A stretch of 64,000 nt of DNA from Antedon mediterranea (Eukaryota; Animalia; Echinodermata), in assembly GCF_964355755.1 (NCBI RefSeq), contig NC_092675.1:9233812-9297811 (forward strand). The letters are read 5' to 3'. A program made the translations under genes and the position numbers. Every line of letters starts with the position of its first letter. Position 1 is the stretch's first letter. Positions 27,056 to 39,821 of this stretch are shown piece after piece. The notes under the pieces are model-generated. The model ran no database searches and had not been told where the DNA came from. It saw nothing but the letters and a program-made list of their open reading frames with translations.

Positions 27056-29763
27056 GGGTGTGTAGAAAGTGACGACCTCGAATTGGACGACCCCAACGAC
27101 CCGGGCGACCTCGAAAATGGACGACCTAGAATTGGACGACCCATAACACGAAACCGACGACCCATATAGCCTAGCCTAGGTAGTGTAGTATAACATCCCG
27201 AAGCCGAACATAGCCAAAGATCTTTAAACCATACCTTATTATAATACTCGCAAGCAAGCAATTGATTGAAAAAATACAGAAATATCGCCATTTGATACTG
27301 AATATGTCGACACGAACAAACGAACATATATGGAACGCCAAGAGTGCACATTAAAACTGCATTCGACTCGATTAGCACACAAAATATCATAAACATGGCA
27401 AACCAGGTCAAAACGGCCCCTTTTTCAGCGGCAGGTAAGGTTTGACCGTATACAATATTTCTTATGGCCCTCCCCATGCACATGTTCGCAACACGCTGCT
27501 TGGTAGGCCTATAGTGTTCGTTATAAGAAGACGAGATGTAATTATACGTCCATGATTTATTTCTTTTTAATTTATTTTTAATATGTTTGTCGAAATACCA
27601 TCTTTGTTTACAAAGACAATCATCTGCTTTTTGACCATGCCTTCTTCAATTTAATTAATCTTGTTAAATCCATTTGTAAACTGCTTTTATTTGGAAAAAA
27701 TAAATTGATTGTGTGATTGGTTATAGAACATGATAAACTTAACGCATTATGAACAATTCTCAATAGATTTATAAAATAATAGTAATACAGGCTAACATTA
27801 GTGACTGACATTTTAATAACTCAATCTACGGGAAACTTTGCTGCAACTAGCGTTTATTATTTGAATCACCATAACATACTTTTGTTGATTCTGCATAGTT
27901 TCTACAGGTTGTTTTTTTTAATGTTCAGAGATTTATTTTACCCAAAATCTTGAAAATCGGTCGGCGGTTTTCTTTTTTTTTGCTTTTGAGGGACTTTTTT
28001 ACTTTATAATTGTATTACATTCTTTGTTTGATGCGAGCCTTTTTTGTTTTAAAATGAGCCTTCTAAACTGTAATTTTATCAATTTTGGCTACGTACGAAC
28101 ACATTTTAAAAATTGTGCCCTCTATTTAACATTATAAGTCAATGAATTTTAGGTCTAATACATTCTCCCTAGTCACACACGGACACTATTTTACCAAGTC
28201 TCCGGATCTGCTGCACTAGATTCGCCAACTGTTGACGTATCAAGCAAACCGTGTGTAGATTGTTCAGACACTATTGTATAAATAGTGTCCTCGTAGTCTT
28301 TAGTGACTTCAAAAAAATCCCGACCAACCGATCCAAATTTAAAAAACAAATATTCTGCTTGAGCAACATGACAATTTGTTTTACTGTAGGCCTAAAATGA
28401 CGAATACTCATTAATTCACAAAAACATAATTGCTGACATCTTATGAAAACAAATATAACACAATAACTTATTAATAACATCATTAACAACAGACATAAGT
28501 ATTTCTCTTATCTATATCCATCTGACCATCCATCTTTTATACACAGGCCTTATTTATACAACATATATTTTCCTATATACTGCAAAATCCTGATCAATTA
28601 CGGGCAGAATAAAGAACAGAAAAGATAATAACCAATATTCATCTGAACCATGGACGTCTAATTATACGTCCATAATCTGACCATTTATCTTTCATACAAC
28701 ATATATTTTCCTATATAACTGCAAAATCTTGATCAATTACGGGCAGAATTACGGGCAGAATAAAGGGCAGAATAAAGAATGATAATAACCAATGAAATAA
28801 AAACAAAGAATATTATTTGAAACTACTACTACTACTACTACTACTCTACGCAATTCTGGAATAACCATACTTTTTTCTTCGCAGTTGCCTTTAAATCGTT
28901 GCATCACGCATTTAATTTAATTAATTTTGTGTCAAAGATCAAAAGTAACACTTCCTCATATTTTCGATTACAGTAAATATAATGCACCTGCTGAACAATT
29001 CTATTCAAATTACAATTCTACGACGAATAGTTGCATAGATAGGAGAACCCTATCTTAAAACCTAATTTGTATTTTTGGGGGTATGGCGGCCCTCATTTTT
29101 ATCTTCTGTAAATTTGTCCACTCACCAAGTGCGAACATTTAAAAAGAAAAAAACCATTGTTTTAGGTTAATTTAAATATGGTAATTATATTATAATCAGG
29201 TCAAAGATCAAAAGTGATACTTCCAGTCATTTTTCGAGAAAAAATCCATTAGAGTAAATGATGTATTCTGAACAAATCCTCTCTAGCTAGTTACATAGAT
29301 CTGGCAACATAAAATAAAGTCATGTTGTTGGCCGCCATCTTGGGGGCAAACATACAGATAGCCTTGATTTGATTTGATTATTTGGGTTAACGATGACCAA
29401 TCCACTGAGCAAACCTTACCCGCCGCTGAAAAAGGGGCCGTTTTGACCCGGTTTGCCATGTTTATGATATTTCGTGTGCTAATCGAGTCGAATGCAGTTT
29501 TAATGATGCACTCTTGGCGTTCCATATCTGTTCGTTTGTTCGTATCGACACATTCAGTATCAAATGGCGATATTTCTGTATTTTCAATTGCTTGCTTGCG
29601 AGTATTATATAAGGTATGGTTTAAAGATCTTTGGCTATGTTCGGCTTCGGGATGTTATACCACACTTAGTCCTATGCTAGGCTAGGCTATATGGGTCGTC
29701 CAATTCGAGGCCGTCCGGGTCGTTGGGGTCGTCCAAATCGAGGTCGTCGCTTTCTACACACCC
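27056..29763. mobile_element. Non-autonomous long-TIR DNA transposon (Mutator/MULE-like)
   Basis: ~350-390-bp TIRs gggtgtgtagaaag.../...ctttctacacaccc; perfect 10-bp TSD ACAGCAATGG at 27046-27055 and 29764-29773. Confidence 0.85.
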
Positions 29764-30503
29764 ACAGCAATGGTAATGGTGACCTCTAATAAAAAGTAAA
29801 TGAGCACAGTGCTGAAACAATGCATTTTAATCAAAAGTGAAAGTACTTTACTCTTTTTTACGCTTCTTTTCCCGATTTGTTTTCCCTTATGGTAGGATAA
29901 TTTTTGTTTCTCCAGATTTATAAGGGGGTGGTGGGGGGCGGGCGTGCGGAGGGTGTGCCCTGGGCCAGTGGGGTCTGTTTTGGCTTTCTAGACTTACTAA
30001 ATAAGGGTCTTTCAAACCGGTTCCAGTATGGTTCCAATCCGGCGCTGACAAATCAAAATTAATGATGGAGACAAACAACAGAATATAGGCCCAACCTAGC
30101 CTAATAGTATAGTTAGGGCCTAGCCTGACTAGATAGGCCTAGTAGGTATCTCCCCCCCCCCTCCCCACCTACCTCCAGATCATACAAAATCAACAAACAA
30201 AATCGGGCCAATACAACAAATAAACAAAGTTGATTGAGTCATCTCATAGCTAGAGGCTAGGCCTAGATACAAAATTCTGGCGCCCAGGCCTACGCTATAA
30301 TTAATAAGGCTTTAAAGTTAAGTCAAGTAGGTTAACTAGTTAGGCTAGACGGTGGTAGGCCTAGCTTACATGGGGAATCTAGGCGGCCTAGGCCTAGCCT
30401 AGGCCTACTAGCTAGGGCCTAGCTAGAGGCGCGGCCTGTTCACAACCTTCGTCGTCAAGGAGAAAAAAGCACAACAAAAAGAAGCATGATTGCAGATCCC
30501 TAC

Positions 30504-30599
30504 TTTGAACTGATTTAGTTTATCTTGTTGCTCTTCACTTAGTGCCCCAAAGTCGTAATTTTCCATTCCGTGAGGTGGATTGTGATTTGGGACGGCCAT
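30504..30599 (-). CDS. RIIAD1: RIIAD1-like exon 1
   Basis: MAVPNHNPPHGMENYDFGALSEEQQDKLNQFK|gtaggg; the three exons join in frame (96+77+145 nt, 105 aa). Confidence 0.9.
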
Positions 30600-30790
30600 A
30601 CTGCCGCCGTTGTTTTGTAAAAAGCTGTTGTAAATGTTATGGCAGGCAGGTAGCAGTGACAGCAGCAGCAGCGCAGGGTTTACGATGAAATCGGTCGCGT
30701 CTAAAATCGGTCCCGTCGCGTTTAAAATCGGTCGCGATAAAATCAACTTCCGGTATTTTGTATGGCGCGCCGCTAGAGCTATACGTATAA
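30600..30790 (-). promoter_or_regulatory. CpG-rich promoter/5'UTR of the RIIAD1-like gene
   Basis: CpG cluster directly upstream of the ATG, three aaatcggtc repeats, ETS-like acttccgg at ~30746. Confidence 0.55.
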
Positions 30791-31006
30791 TTATAATGAT
30801 TATTGTTGAGGCAAATCACGTGTATATTTTTATTTCTAATGTTTAAAATAGTTTCTAGTAAAAATGATTATTATATGCGGATCGTTAAAAGGCGAGTTAC
30901 TGAAATTAACCCCCCAAATAAGCCATAACGGAGATGCGCCTTCTAATGATCGTGCAGCCGTTAACTGTAGGCCTACGTTATTTTGCTGACGAGGAATTCC
31001 CTTTTT

Positions 31007-31121
31007 AAAACAAGGCCAACAGCCATAAGTCGCGTGCTAAAACGCATAGTGATACCGGACCGACAGACAGACCGACCGACCGACATAATGAACTATAGAG
31101 TCGCGTCCACGCGACTAAAAA
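31007..31121 (-). mobile_element. Mini HINE-like element
   Basis: agtcgcgt sub-terminal repeats, (GACC/GACA)n microsatellite, agtcgcgt-cc-acgcgact. Confidence 0.7.
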
Positions 31122-31941
31122 CACACAGTCAAATCATGGACAAAACACGTACGATCGTTGTCCATGGTCCGTGTAAAGATGACGTAGGCCTATAGGCCTA
31201 TTACTAATAACCATACGTTTGAAACATCTATGATAGGTTTCCTGCACGTGTTTTTGTGAAGCGATGTATATAATTTATGTATAGGCCTATAAGTCGGCGA
31301 TACTATAGTTTTAATTTGAATATCTTTTATTTCTTCATTTATAATAATAATTTAATGTAAAAATAATTAAGTACAACTCAGTGTCTCACATCCATACGCC
31401 GTTCGTAACTAAATGTTTAAATATCACTGCAAGATTACCTCTTTGAGAATCGTGTCCACCTTTATTATTCATCCATTATTATTCTCACATCTATCATTGT
31501 ACATCATAGTCCTACTGTATAGGCCCGGTAGATTGATTTATAACTGCATATTATCTATATATTTTATTATTATTATTATTATCTAATTATCCTAAAACCA
31601 TGCTCACGTCAGAGTGGCGGATATCGAACGTAAAAATCATCGTCATGCATCATCTTCCTTTATTGAATAAACCTCATTGTGCTGGAATGTACTTGCAGGT
31701 AAACTTTAAACAATATTCAATAAAACATTTTTAAAACGATTTTCTAAACGAACACATCACAATTACTCATTTGACACCTGTAAGAAAAAATGAAAACACA
31801 AATTATTTATAAATAATGAGATAAATATTTATATTTACTGTACTTAAAAAATAATAACTGAAAATAAATATATAAATTTAATAGTATTATTAGAAATTCT
31901 ATATTCAAAATTTAAAAAAAAATATTTAGGCTAAACTAGGC

Positions 31942-33500
31942 CTATACTTGTAGGAAAATGGCGGATTGTTCATAGTTGTTTGCCCAAACAATATTACAGT
32001 AAGAAATAAAAGGTAAAACAAGTGAACAATAAATCATGCGAAGGACTTCTTTGGGCAAGTAAAATGAGAGACGATATAAAATTCCAATATTTTTCGAAAT
32101 TTTAGTTTCAATTTCTTTAATGTGGTGTTTGAAGTTTAGTTCGTCGTCTATTTCTACTCCAAAGAATTTGGTATGCTTAACAAGAGGAATTTTGTGGGCA
32201 GCAAGGTAAACATTATGAGTGTCGTTAATCAAATCTTGGTGTCGAAAACCAAAAAGCATAAAAAGGCATTTGTTAATATTTATAAGTTTGTTTGCATTAA
32301 AATAATCGTTCACGTTCTTCAATTCCCTATTAAAAGTATTGCAAATAAAATCAAAATTAGTGTGTGAATAAAAATTGGTGGTTTCATCAGCATAAAAATA
32401 AAAAGAAAGGAAGTCAGATGCATTAGGTAAATCATTGATATACAATAAAAAAAAAAAAGAGACCACGAGGAACACCACAAACAATAGGTTTAAAATCGGA
32501 AAAAACATTGTTGATATAGGTGCATTGAAGTTGATTGGACAGATAATCTGTAAAAAGGTCAAGAGTAATGCCACGGATACCATAGTTAAAGAGTTTTGAA
32601 AAAGTAAAATAGTGTGATCAATGGTATCGAATGCCTTAGACAGGTCGTCAATGAATAAGCCAGACGTACGAAAACAACTTATTATGAATAGCATCCACAA
32701 TTTTGTTGGTAAGATCAATTAAAGCAAAAGAAGTGGAATAGTTTTGTCTGAAACCGTATTGTTTATTGTGTAGAAAATGTTCTGTCGGTTAATGAAATTA
32801 TAAGTACGGTCATAGATAAGTTTTTTAAGAATTTTTTAAAAGAAAGTAAGAACAGAAATTGGTCGATAATTATTAGGATCAGATTTGTTACCTTTTTTAA
32901 ATATAGTAGTGACCTTTGCTTTTAGGGAAAGGTCCTGTGGATAAAGATAAATTACAAATATATGTAAGTGGAGAAAGAATAAGGTCTATTGATTTTTAAA
33001 CAATATTGCCACATATATCGTCAATTACAGCAGCTTTATTGTTTTTGAAAGAGTTGACAATTTTTAGAACCTCTTGTTCCGAAACTGGGGATAAAAAAAG
33101 GGAATTTGGAGTAGGAGGACTAAGATACTGATGGAAACTATTGATAGAACTAGTATCGATTTCTTTTGCTAATTCATGCCCCATATTAGTAAAATTGTTG
33201 TTTAATAAGTTTTCGGGTCTTTTGTTAAATTTCTATTACTCATTATCTTAATGTTAGGAATTGTGTTGTTTGATGGTTTAAGTATAGAGTTTATAGTACG
33301 TCAAGTAGCTTTTATATTGGATTTGATTTTATTAAAAAAGTTTTTATAATAATCCACTATAACACTTTTTAGAAGATTATTTAACTTATTACGATACTTT
33401 TTGTATTTCAATAGCGTTGGAAGGGTGTCGAATGTTTTTGTTTTTGTATGAGATGGAGGTTAAAAGCCCGTTGGTCATCCATGATTTTAATTTCTTTTTC
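31942..33500 (-). mobile_element. Degenerate LINE ORF2 (L2/Crack/Daphne-like RT)
   Basis: NYRPISVL, DLSKAFDTIDH, LYINDLP, YADET, IGILYRL...YCNIVW; many frameshifts. Confidence 0.85.
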
Positions 33501-33619
33501 GTGGATCTAACAAAGAGAAGTTCCTATCATATAGGGCTTTGTACTTTGCAAAATTTTCTAAATTTTCGCTTCTCTTTTTCTGTAGATTTACTTGGATTAG
33601 TAATGTTCACAGGTGCCAC

Positions 33620-34220
33620 CAACATGAGTATGGGAGCGCACAGTGCTAAATTAAATCGTATTTTTTTATCACTATGAGTTTGAGTGTCACAAACATGAGT
33701 AAGGGAGCTCACAGTGCTAAACTAAATCATATTTATTATCGCTGTGCGCGAGTGCATCCAAATGAGTATAGTAGCGCATAGTGCTAAACTAAATCCTTAT
33801 CACTGTGCGCGAGTGCAACCAAAATGGGTATGGTAGCGCACAGTGCTAGGCTAAAACCTATTTATTATCACTGTGCGTGAGTGCAACCAAATGGGCATAG
33901 TAGCGCACACTGCTAAACTAAATCCTATTTATTATCACTGTGCGCGAGTGCAACCAAAATGGGTATGGTAGCGCACAGTGCTAAACTAAATACTATTTAT
34001 TATCACTGTGCGCGAGTGCAACCAAATTGAGTATAGTAGCGCACAGTGCTAAACTAAATCCTATTTATTATCACTGTGCACGAGTGCAACTAAAAATGGA
34101 ATGGTAGCGCACAGTACTAAACTAAATCCTATTTTTTATTACTGTGCGCGAGTGCAACCAAAATAGGAATGGTAGAGCACAGGGGTAAACTAAATCCTAT
34201 TTATTATCACTTTGCGCGAT
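33620..34220. repeat. Minisatellite, ~9 copies of a ~68-bp unit with internal inverted repeat
   Basis: gcgcacagtg-ctaaactaaatcctatttattat-cactgtgcgc-gagtgcaaccaaaatgggtatggta. Confidence 0.92.
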
Positions 34221-34239
34221 CAATGAAGGCAACAAACAG

Positions 34240-34365
34240 GATTGGACCAAGCCATGATCCTTTTGGGATTCCTCCGTTTGGTGTTAGTCATGGTGAGAAA
34301 AAAACTCTTCAATTTCACCCTGTGTTTTCTACCTGCAAAGACAGCTTTGATCCATAAATTCCGTT
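34240..34365 (-). mobile_element. Short LINE RT fragment
   Basis: minus strand LWIKAVFAGRKHRVKL...NGGIPKGSWLGP (PQGSxLGP-type motif), frameshifted. Confidence 0.6.
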
Positions 34366-34600
34366 GATACCTATGTTTTTTAACTATCTAATTAAAACTT
34401 TGTGGTTCTAATCATCTTTTGTTTCCGTCTCGAGGAACAAAAGCAATTTGACCCTAAAATGAAGGTTAGATTATATGGCACAATAGGTAAGAACAAAAAT
34501 TTCGATAGTGATAAGAGTCGAAATAAAAAGAAAAAATCTAAACCTACGTAAATCCTAACTATACACTCGAGGTTAATGGGATTGTCAACACGGCTTCAAA

Positions 34601-34765
34601 ATGAAGCGATATTCTGTAGCAGTAATTTGTTGCTTTGTATTCATTTCTGCTTATTGCGTAAGAATAAATATTAATATTACCATTATCCACATGGTAAGAC
34701 AGTTGAACTCTACCGAGGAACAGAAAGCAAATTCAAATCTTTCTACGATTCCATATGTCCGTTCG
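34601..34765 (+). CDS. SLC17-family (sialin-like) MFS anion transporter, exon 1
   Basis: caaaATG; MKRYSVAVICCFVFISAYCVRININITIIHMV resembles SLC17 TM1 RY...YALRVNLSVALVDMV; TCG|gtaagt. Confidence 0.88.
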
Positions 34766-35086
34766 GTAAGTCATTTCTATTATATAACTATATATATATA
34801 TATAACTATAATTAGGCCTACCATACAGGGAATAACAAATAATCTTGACGCCTCCATAGTTCGTCATAAGAGCCTAAAAGGGAAGAAGTCTCGGTGGAAA
34901 TCAATACAAGGGTATGGAGGAACTTGCGCACAGATGATTAGAGCCGCTACATATATTGAATATATACGGCTCTGCATATGATGTGAGTAGAACGCAACCA
35001 ACGAACAAAAACATAAGAATACTCTTCACAACAACCCGCTGCTTTCGCATGTTTAAGATAATGATGTGCTGTACTTTTGTTTTTAG

Positions 35087-35320
35087 ATACCAGTGTTTGA
35101 TTGGGACGATAAAACACAACAGTATATACTTGGATCATTTTATTACGGTTATACATTAGGCGCAATCCCTGGAGGTTGGTTGGTTAGTAAAACTAGCGGA
35201 AAACCAGCATTGATATTCTATCTTATCTGGCAAAACGTATTAGCAGCTTTTACTCCTTGGGCTTCAGGCGTGAGCTCCAATGTACTGATTACCATACGAG
35301 TTTTAGAAGGCTTGGCAGAG
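35087..35320 (+). CDS. SLC17-like exon 2
   Basis: ttttag|ATA...GAG|gttagt; FDWDDKTQQYILGSFYYGY...IPGGWL...IRVLEGLAE, the SLC17 signature. Confidence 0.93.
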
Positions 35321-36449
35321 GTTAGTTTCTGTGACATTAAACAGATATTATAGTTATAGTTTCCCGCACCTATATGAATTTATGTTATGGATGTAGCTGG
35401 CGTAATGCTGTAATTGTTTTTCTTATAATTTTATAAGCATTTTCTCACCTGTTTTACTTATTATTAATCGATAAATCATTACTATAATATTTTTAATTTT
35501 GTTCTGGTGAGCTTATTTTGTTTTCTTGCATCTTTTAATTGAATATTTTGATTTGAATGTGTCTGATGATGACAGGGGCGGCCGCAGGACTATTTTAAGA
35601 AGACTCCAGTGCTGTAGACACTGAGTATTTGAGCAAGAACATTGTTAAATGACACCCCTACATGGTATAGTCTAGTAGGAAATGGGGGTTCCCATGCACC
35701 TCTCAGGTATATTTTTTTAATGTGATTTTTTATAATCCCAAGTATGTCTAGTAACCAGATCAGGTTGTTAACATTTTCAAATCGTGTCCCATGAGATTGC
35801 TTTTGACTCATTTAGTCGGCCATGTTAGTTTTAACAAATTATCATTTTTTCGCATTTCTCAGGAACCTGAGGTCGCAGAAATATAATTTGGGTACCAAAG
35901 TACTCAGAATATGTATGTTTGTATATGCTCTAATGAAAGTTTTTTGTATACAATTGCGGGAAGTATGATTTTTTACCTTGCTTTTAAATGATGTCCATAT
36001 CTCAAAACCGGTTGTCATAGAAACTTTATTTTAGTCTCAAATAATGCAGAATACCAACATTTATATTCATGGTAATGCAAAAGTTCGGCCGAAAGATCCG
36101 AAATTATATTTTGACCTTTGACATAATTTCATTTACATTTTTACACAATTTTGTCCATATTTTAGAGCATTAGCAGTTCTCGATAACTAACAGACATAGA
36201 AATATAATTTTTGTGTCAAAGTACTCTCGATATGCATTTTTATATCCACCCAAATGAAAGTTTTTTGTGAAAACTGACCGGAAGTAGGACTTTTGACCTA
36301 TGACCTCAACTTTAAATTTTGTCATTATCTCAAAAACCGGTTGTCATAGAAACTTGGTTTTAGTCTCAAATTGTTCAGAATACCCATATTTATATTTGGC
36401 CAAAAATGACCGGAAATGATATTTTTTACATTTGACATACTATTTTTTT

Positions 36450-38975
36450 GTTTGTCAGTTTACTTGGGTTTACTTGGGTTTAGAGGCTGGAAGCGTTGCT
36501 TGTTTGCCTCTCATTACTTCTCCAGTGCATCTGGTGTAAGGGTCGTACTTTATTGGGTGGTTTGTCCAATATTTTTCCAATGCTAATTTGAATCGGTTTA
36601 TTGTATTGGCTTTAACAGCATGCCCAGGTAGAGAATTCCAATTATTTATAGCTCTGAATGAAAAAGTGGTTTGTCAGGTCCTCTTGTTCTTGAGTTCTCA
36701 TCCATATCAAAAAACATGTTGGCATCAAGGTTATCAAATCCTTTTATAATTTTGAAAATTTGTATGACATCTGACCTTTCTCTTCGGTAGGCTAAAGTAG
36801 GAAGATTCAGTTCTTTCAATCTGTCTGTCTTGGTAGGATAAATGCCTTATCTCAGGAATAAGTCGTGTGGCTCGTTGTGGCACTTTTTCTAATAGATCTT
36901 CATCTTTCTTATACAATGAATACCAAGCTGTATTGCAGTATTCCAATGTTGGTCTTATAATGGTTTTGTAAACTACATCACTTGCATGGAGACTGAAAGT
37001 TAATTTCATATCAAATTTGACTTCCAGCTATCTCACTTTATCCTCCACTTTGATTGGTTTCTGTGTTGTTTCCTCACCCATTGTATACTCATGATGTTGA
37101 TTATTCTTCCCATAGTGCATAACTTCGCATTTATTTTTGTTGAAGGGCAGCTGCCACTTCTTTGACCAATCCATGACTGCTTGGACATCACTTTGTAAAG
37201 CATCAGCATCTTCTGGGTTGTCTACAGTTCTAAGTAATTTTTTGTCGTCAGCAAAGAGTTTGAGGTCGGAAAGAACGACATCTGGAAGATCGTTAATAAA
37301 TATGATAAACAATGTTGGTCCCAACACGCTTCTTTAGGGGATTCCGCTTGTGATATTTACACTTTGTGATAGTTCACCACTTACTGTAACTTTCTGTGAT
37401 AGTCCAGTCAAATATTTCTCTATCCATCGGTACAGGTTACCTTCAATGCCATATGATTTGAGCTTGCTAAGTAAACGTTGATGCGGTACACTGTCAAAAG
37501 CCTTTCAATAATCTAAATACAAACAATCAATCAATAGAGTGACCATCATCAATGTCCTCTGTCCATTTCTCCAAGACTTCAAGCAATTGCGTTGTACAGG
37601 ACCTGCCACTACGAAAACCATGCTGCTCATCGCTTAACAAGTTATTTTGATTTAGATGATTTATAAGTGCCTTTCGTATAATTTTTTCCATAATCGTCAA
37701 CCGTCAAGCTTACAGGCCTATGGTTGTTTGGGTCATCCTTCCTTCCTTTTTTGAAGATTGGTACCACTGTAGCTTTTTTCCAGCTTGTTGGAACATCACT
37801 GTCATTCATCAGCTTGGTAAAGATTATCTGCAAGAGTGCAGTATATCCGGTCCTGGTGATTTAGGCTTATTAATGTTTATTGATAAGAAGGCTATCGATA
37901 TCGTGTACTGTAAAGTCGATATCAGTTATTTTAGATTATGTTTTCTTTTCCAAGTGAGGTACTGTTGATAAATCTTCTATGGTGTAGACACTTCCAAAAA
38001 ATGTGTTGAGAGTTTCAGCTTTATCCTGGTCAGATGTTGCCAATTTTTCTTCTGGTGTCTTTAGATTTGGAATGCCTGTTTTTGTACTTGTTTTCGCTTT
38101 GACATATTTCCAAAAACTTTTGATAATATCTTCTGCCAGTCTATTTTCAAAATCATATTTAGTCTTCCTAATAAGTGTGGTAGCTTCATTTCTTGCTTCA
38201 CAGTACTGGTCCCAATAGTACGATTCTTTTGATGGATCACTTTTTTTATTCCAGCATTTGCGTTTCCTCTTTACAGCTTCCAGAGCGGCTTTATTCATCC
38301 ACTGTGTGGTTTATTACTTGTGTATTTCCTTCGCATGGGTATACAGTCATCTATACATTTTTTCATTATATTTTTAAAGATGTCCCACGCTTCTGGTCCG
38401 GATAAATTTTGTAATAGATTAATCCATGCAATGTCTTTTAATTGGTTTCATGACATGTCATAGTCTCCATTGTAGTAGCTTTTCGCAAGTATATCTTCAT
38501 CACAAACTTTAAGTCCAACCGTCGTAATGAATTTAATATTCACATGGTCACTCTTGCCAAAGGGGGATCCAATGGTTATATCACTAATCAAGTCTTCCTG
38601 GTTGGTAAAAATAAGATTCAGCATACTTGGTGTTTGTCCGGTTCTAAATCTTGGTTCTTGTATATGTTGGTATAAAAACAGATTCCAAGAATTTGCAAAT
38701 GTTGTTAGCATCATTTCAGTATACTACATTTTTTTGCAAATCAATGTCTCGGTAGTTAAAATCTCCTACAATTACTAATTGTGGATAGTTTAAAGTGTTG
38801 ACCTTCTCTAGCATAGCACATAGCTGTTTGTTGTTTTCCATAGAACTTGATTGGCTTCTGTATACACAACCGAATAGTAAATTAATTCCTCTGTCTTTTA
38901 TCTGTATCCAAACAGACTCCTCAAATGATTCATTTTCAAGCGTTATCGGGGTACCAGAGATTCCTTCTTTCAAGT
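36450..38975 (-). mobile_element. Degenerate CR1-clade LINE ORF2 (endonuclease + RT) nested in the Academ element
   Basis: GCVYRS, VGDFNY, GKSDH, VVPIFKKG, LGPTLFIIFINDLP, LFADD, RPTLEYC; short-repeat tail aaacccaagt. Confidence 0.9.
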
Positions 38976-39019
38976 AGATTATTACTTCTCGCTTGATATC
39001 TTTTTTTGTGGGCAGAGGA

Positions 39020-39821
39020 ATATAGTGTCAAGGATATATGCCGTGCTGTGACAAAAGACGAGTGGAAGTTGCCGAAGCACATACTCCTTATTACCACAAT
39101 TAGACATCTCTATCGCAGTAAGCAATTGACAACTATTCTGAATAGGTTCTGGGTCATTGTGAGACATAGAACTTGAAACAGCACTGATGAAAGCTGTAGA
39201 TGAAATTTCTACATTCCTTACTACTCCACAAATAATTACTGGTGATGGTAATGATGTGTTCCATTTTGAGTGGGATAATCTAAACAAAGTTACCACAAAC
39301 ATCCATTGCTCAAATATGGTAAATACCACAGGCGGGATTATGATACAATAGGTAAAGCCTGGATTTAATACCGTTGAACCGCTTGTTACCTCTTTATGAG
39401 CGAATCAATATAAAGTCCCGGATGATTGAAACACCAGAAACCCTTGTTCCTGTGCAGTTGTATGGTAGTCAAGTTGGACTCAAATTTCAAGATGGAACTG
39501 TTTTCACACCATCTGCAACTAACGATACAGCGTAGCCTACTGCAAGTATATACAGGATTATCTTATCTGGTTCATGCACGGTTCATTGGATGTCAACAAG
39601 GAAATCAACTTGTTCCAGAGTTTCGTGGCTTCATTTCAGCAACTTCAGTAGTCAAACCCTCAACAAATTCAACAATTGATTATTTCACACCCATCAACCA
39701 ACCCTATGCTGTCCTACCCCCTTCTCTCATTGATCTGATTGAGAAAACATCTGAGAAGCTGAACGAGGAAGAGTTGGATGAGGAGGGTCACATCCTAGAA
39801 GAACTCCTCTCGATCGAATGA
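39020..39821 (+). pseudogene. Academ-type transposase remnant
   Basis: WKLPKHILLITTIRHLYRSKQLTTILNR...ELETAL...EWDNLN...GGIMIQ and VPEFRGFIS...TIDYFTPINQP; frameshifted and internally deleted. Confidence 0.7.

Noticed and set aside
27040-29685. Two similar ORFs (147 aa minus, 103 aa plus) suggesting a gene pair
   Set aside because: They are mirror translations of the two TIRs of one transposon
30634-30846. 70-aa plus-strand ORF as a head-to-head partner gene of RIIAD1
   Set aside because: Built from promoter repeats and (CAG)n; no recognisable domain or downstream exons
35559-35580. gtgtCTGATGAtgacag as a third hammerhead
   Set aside because: No stem II partner or GAAA downstream; at most a truncated remnant
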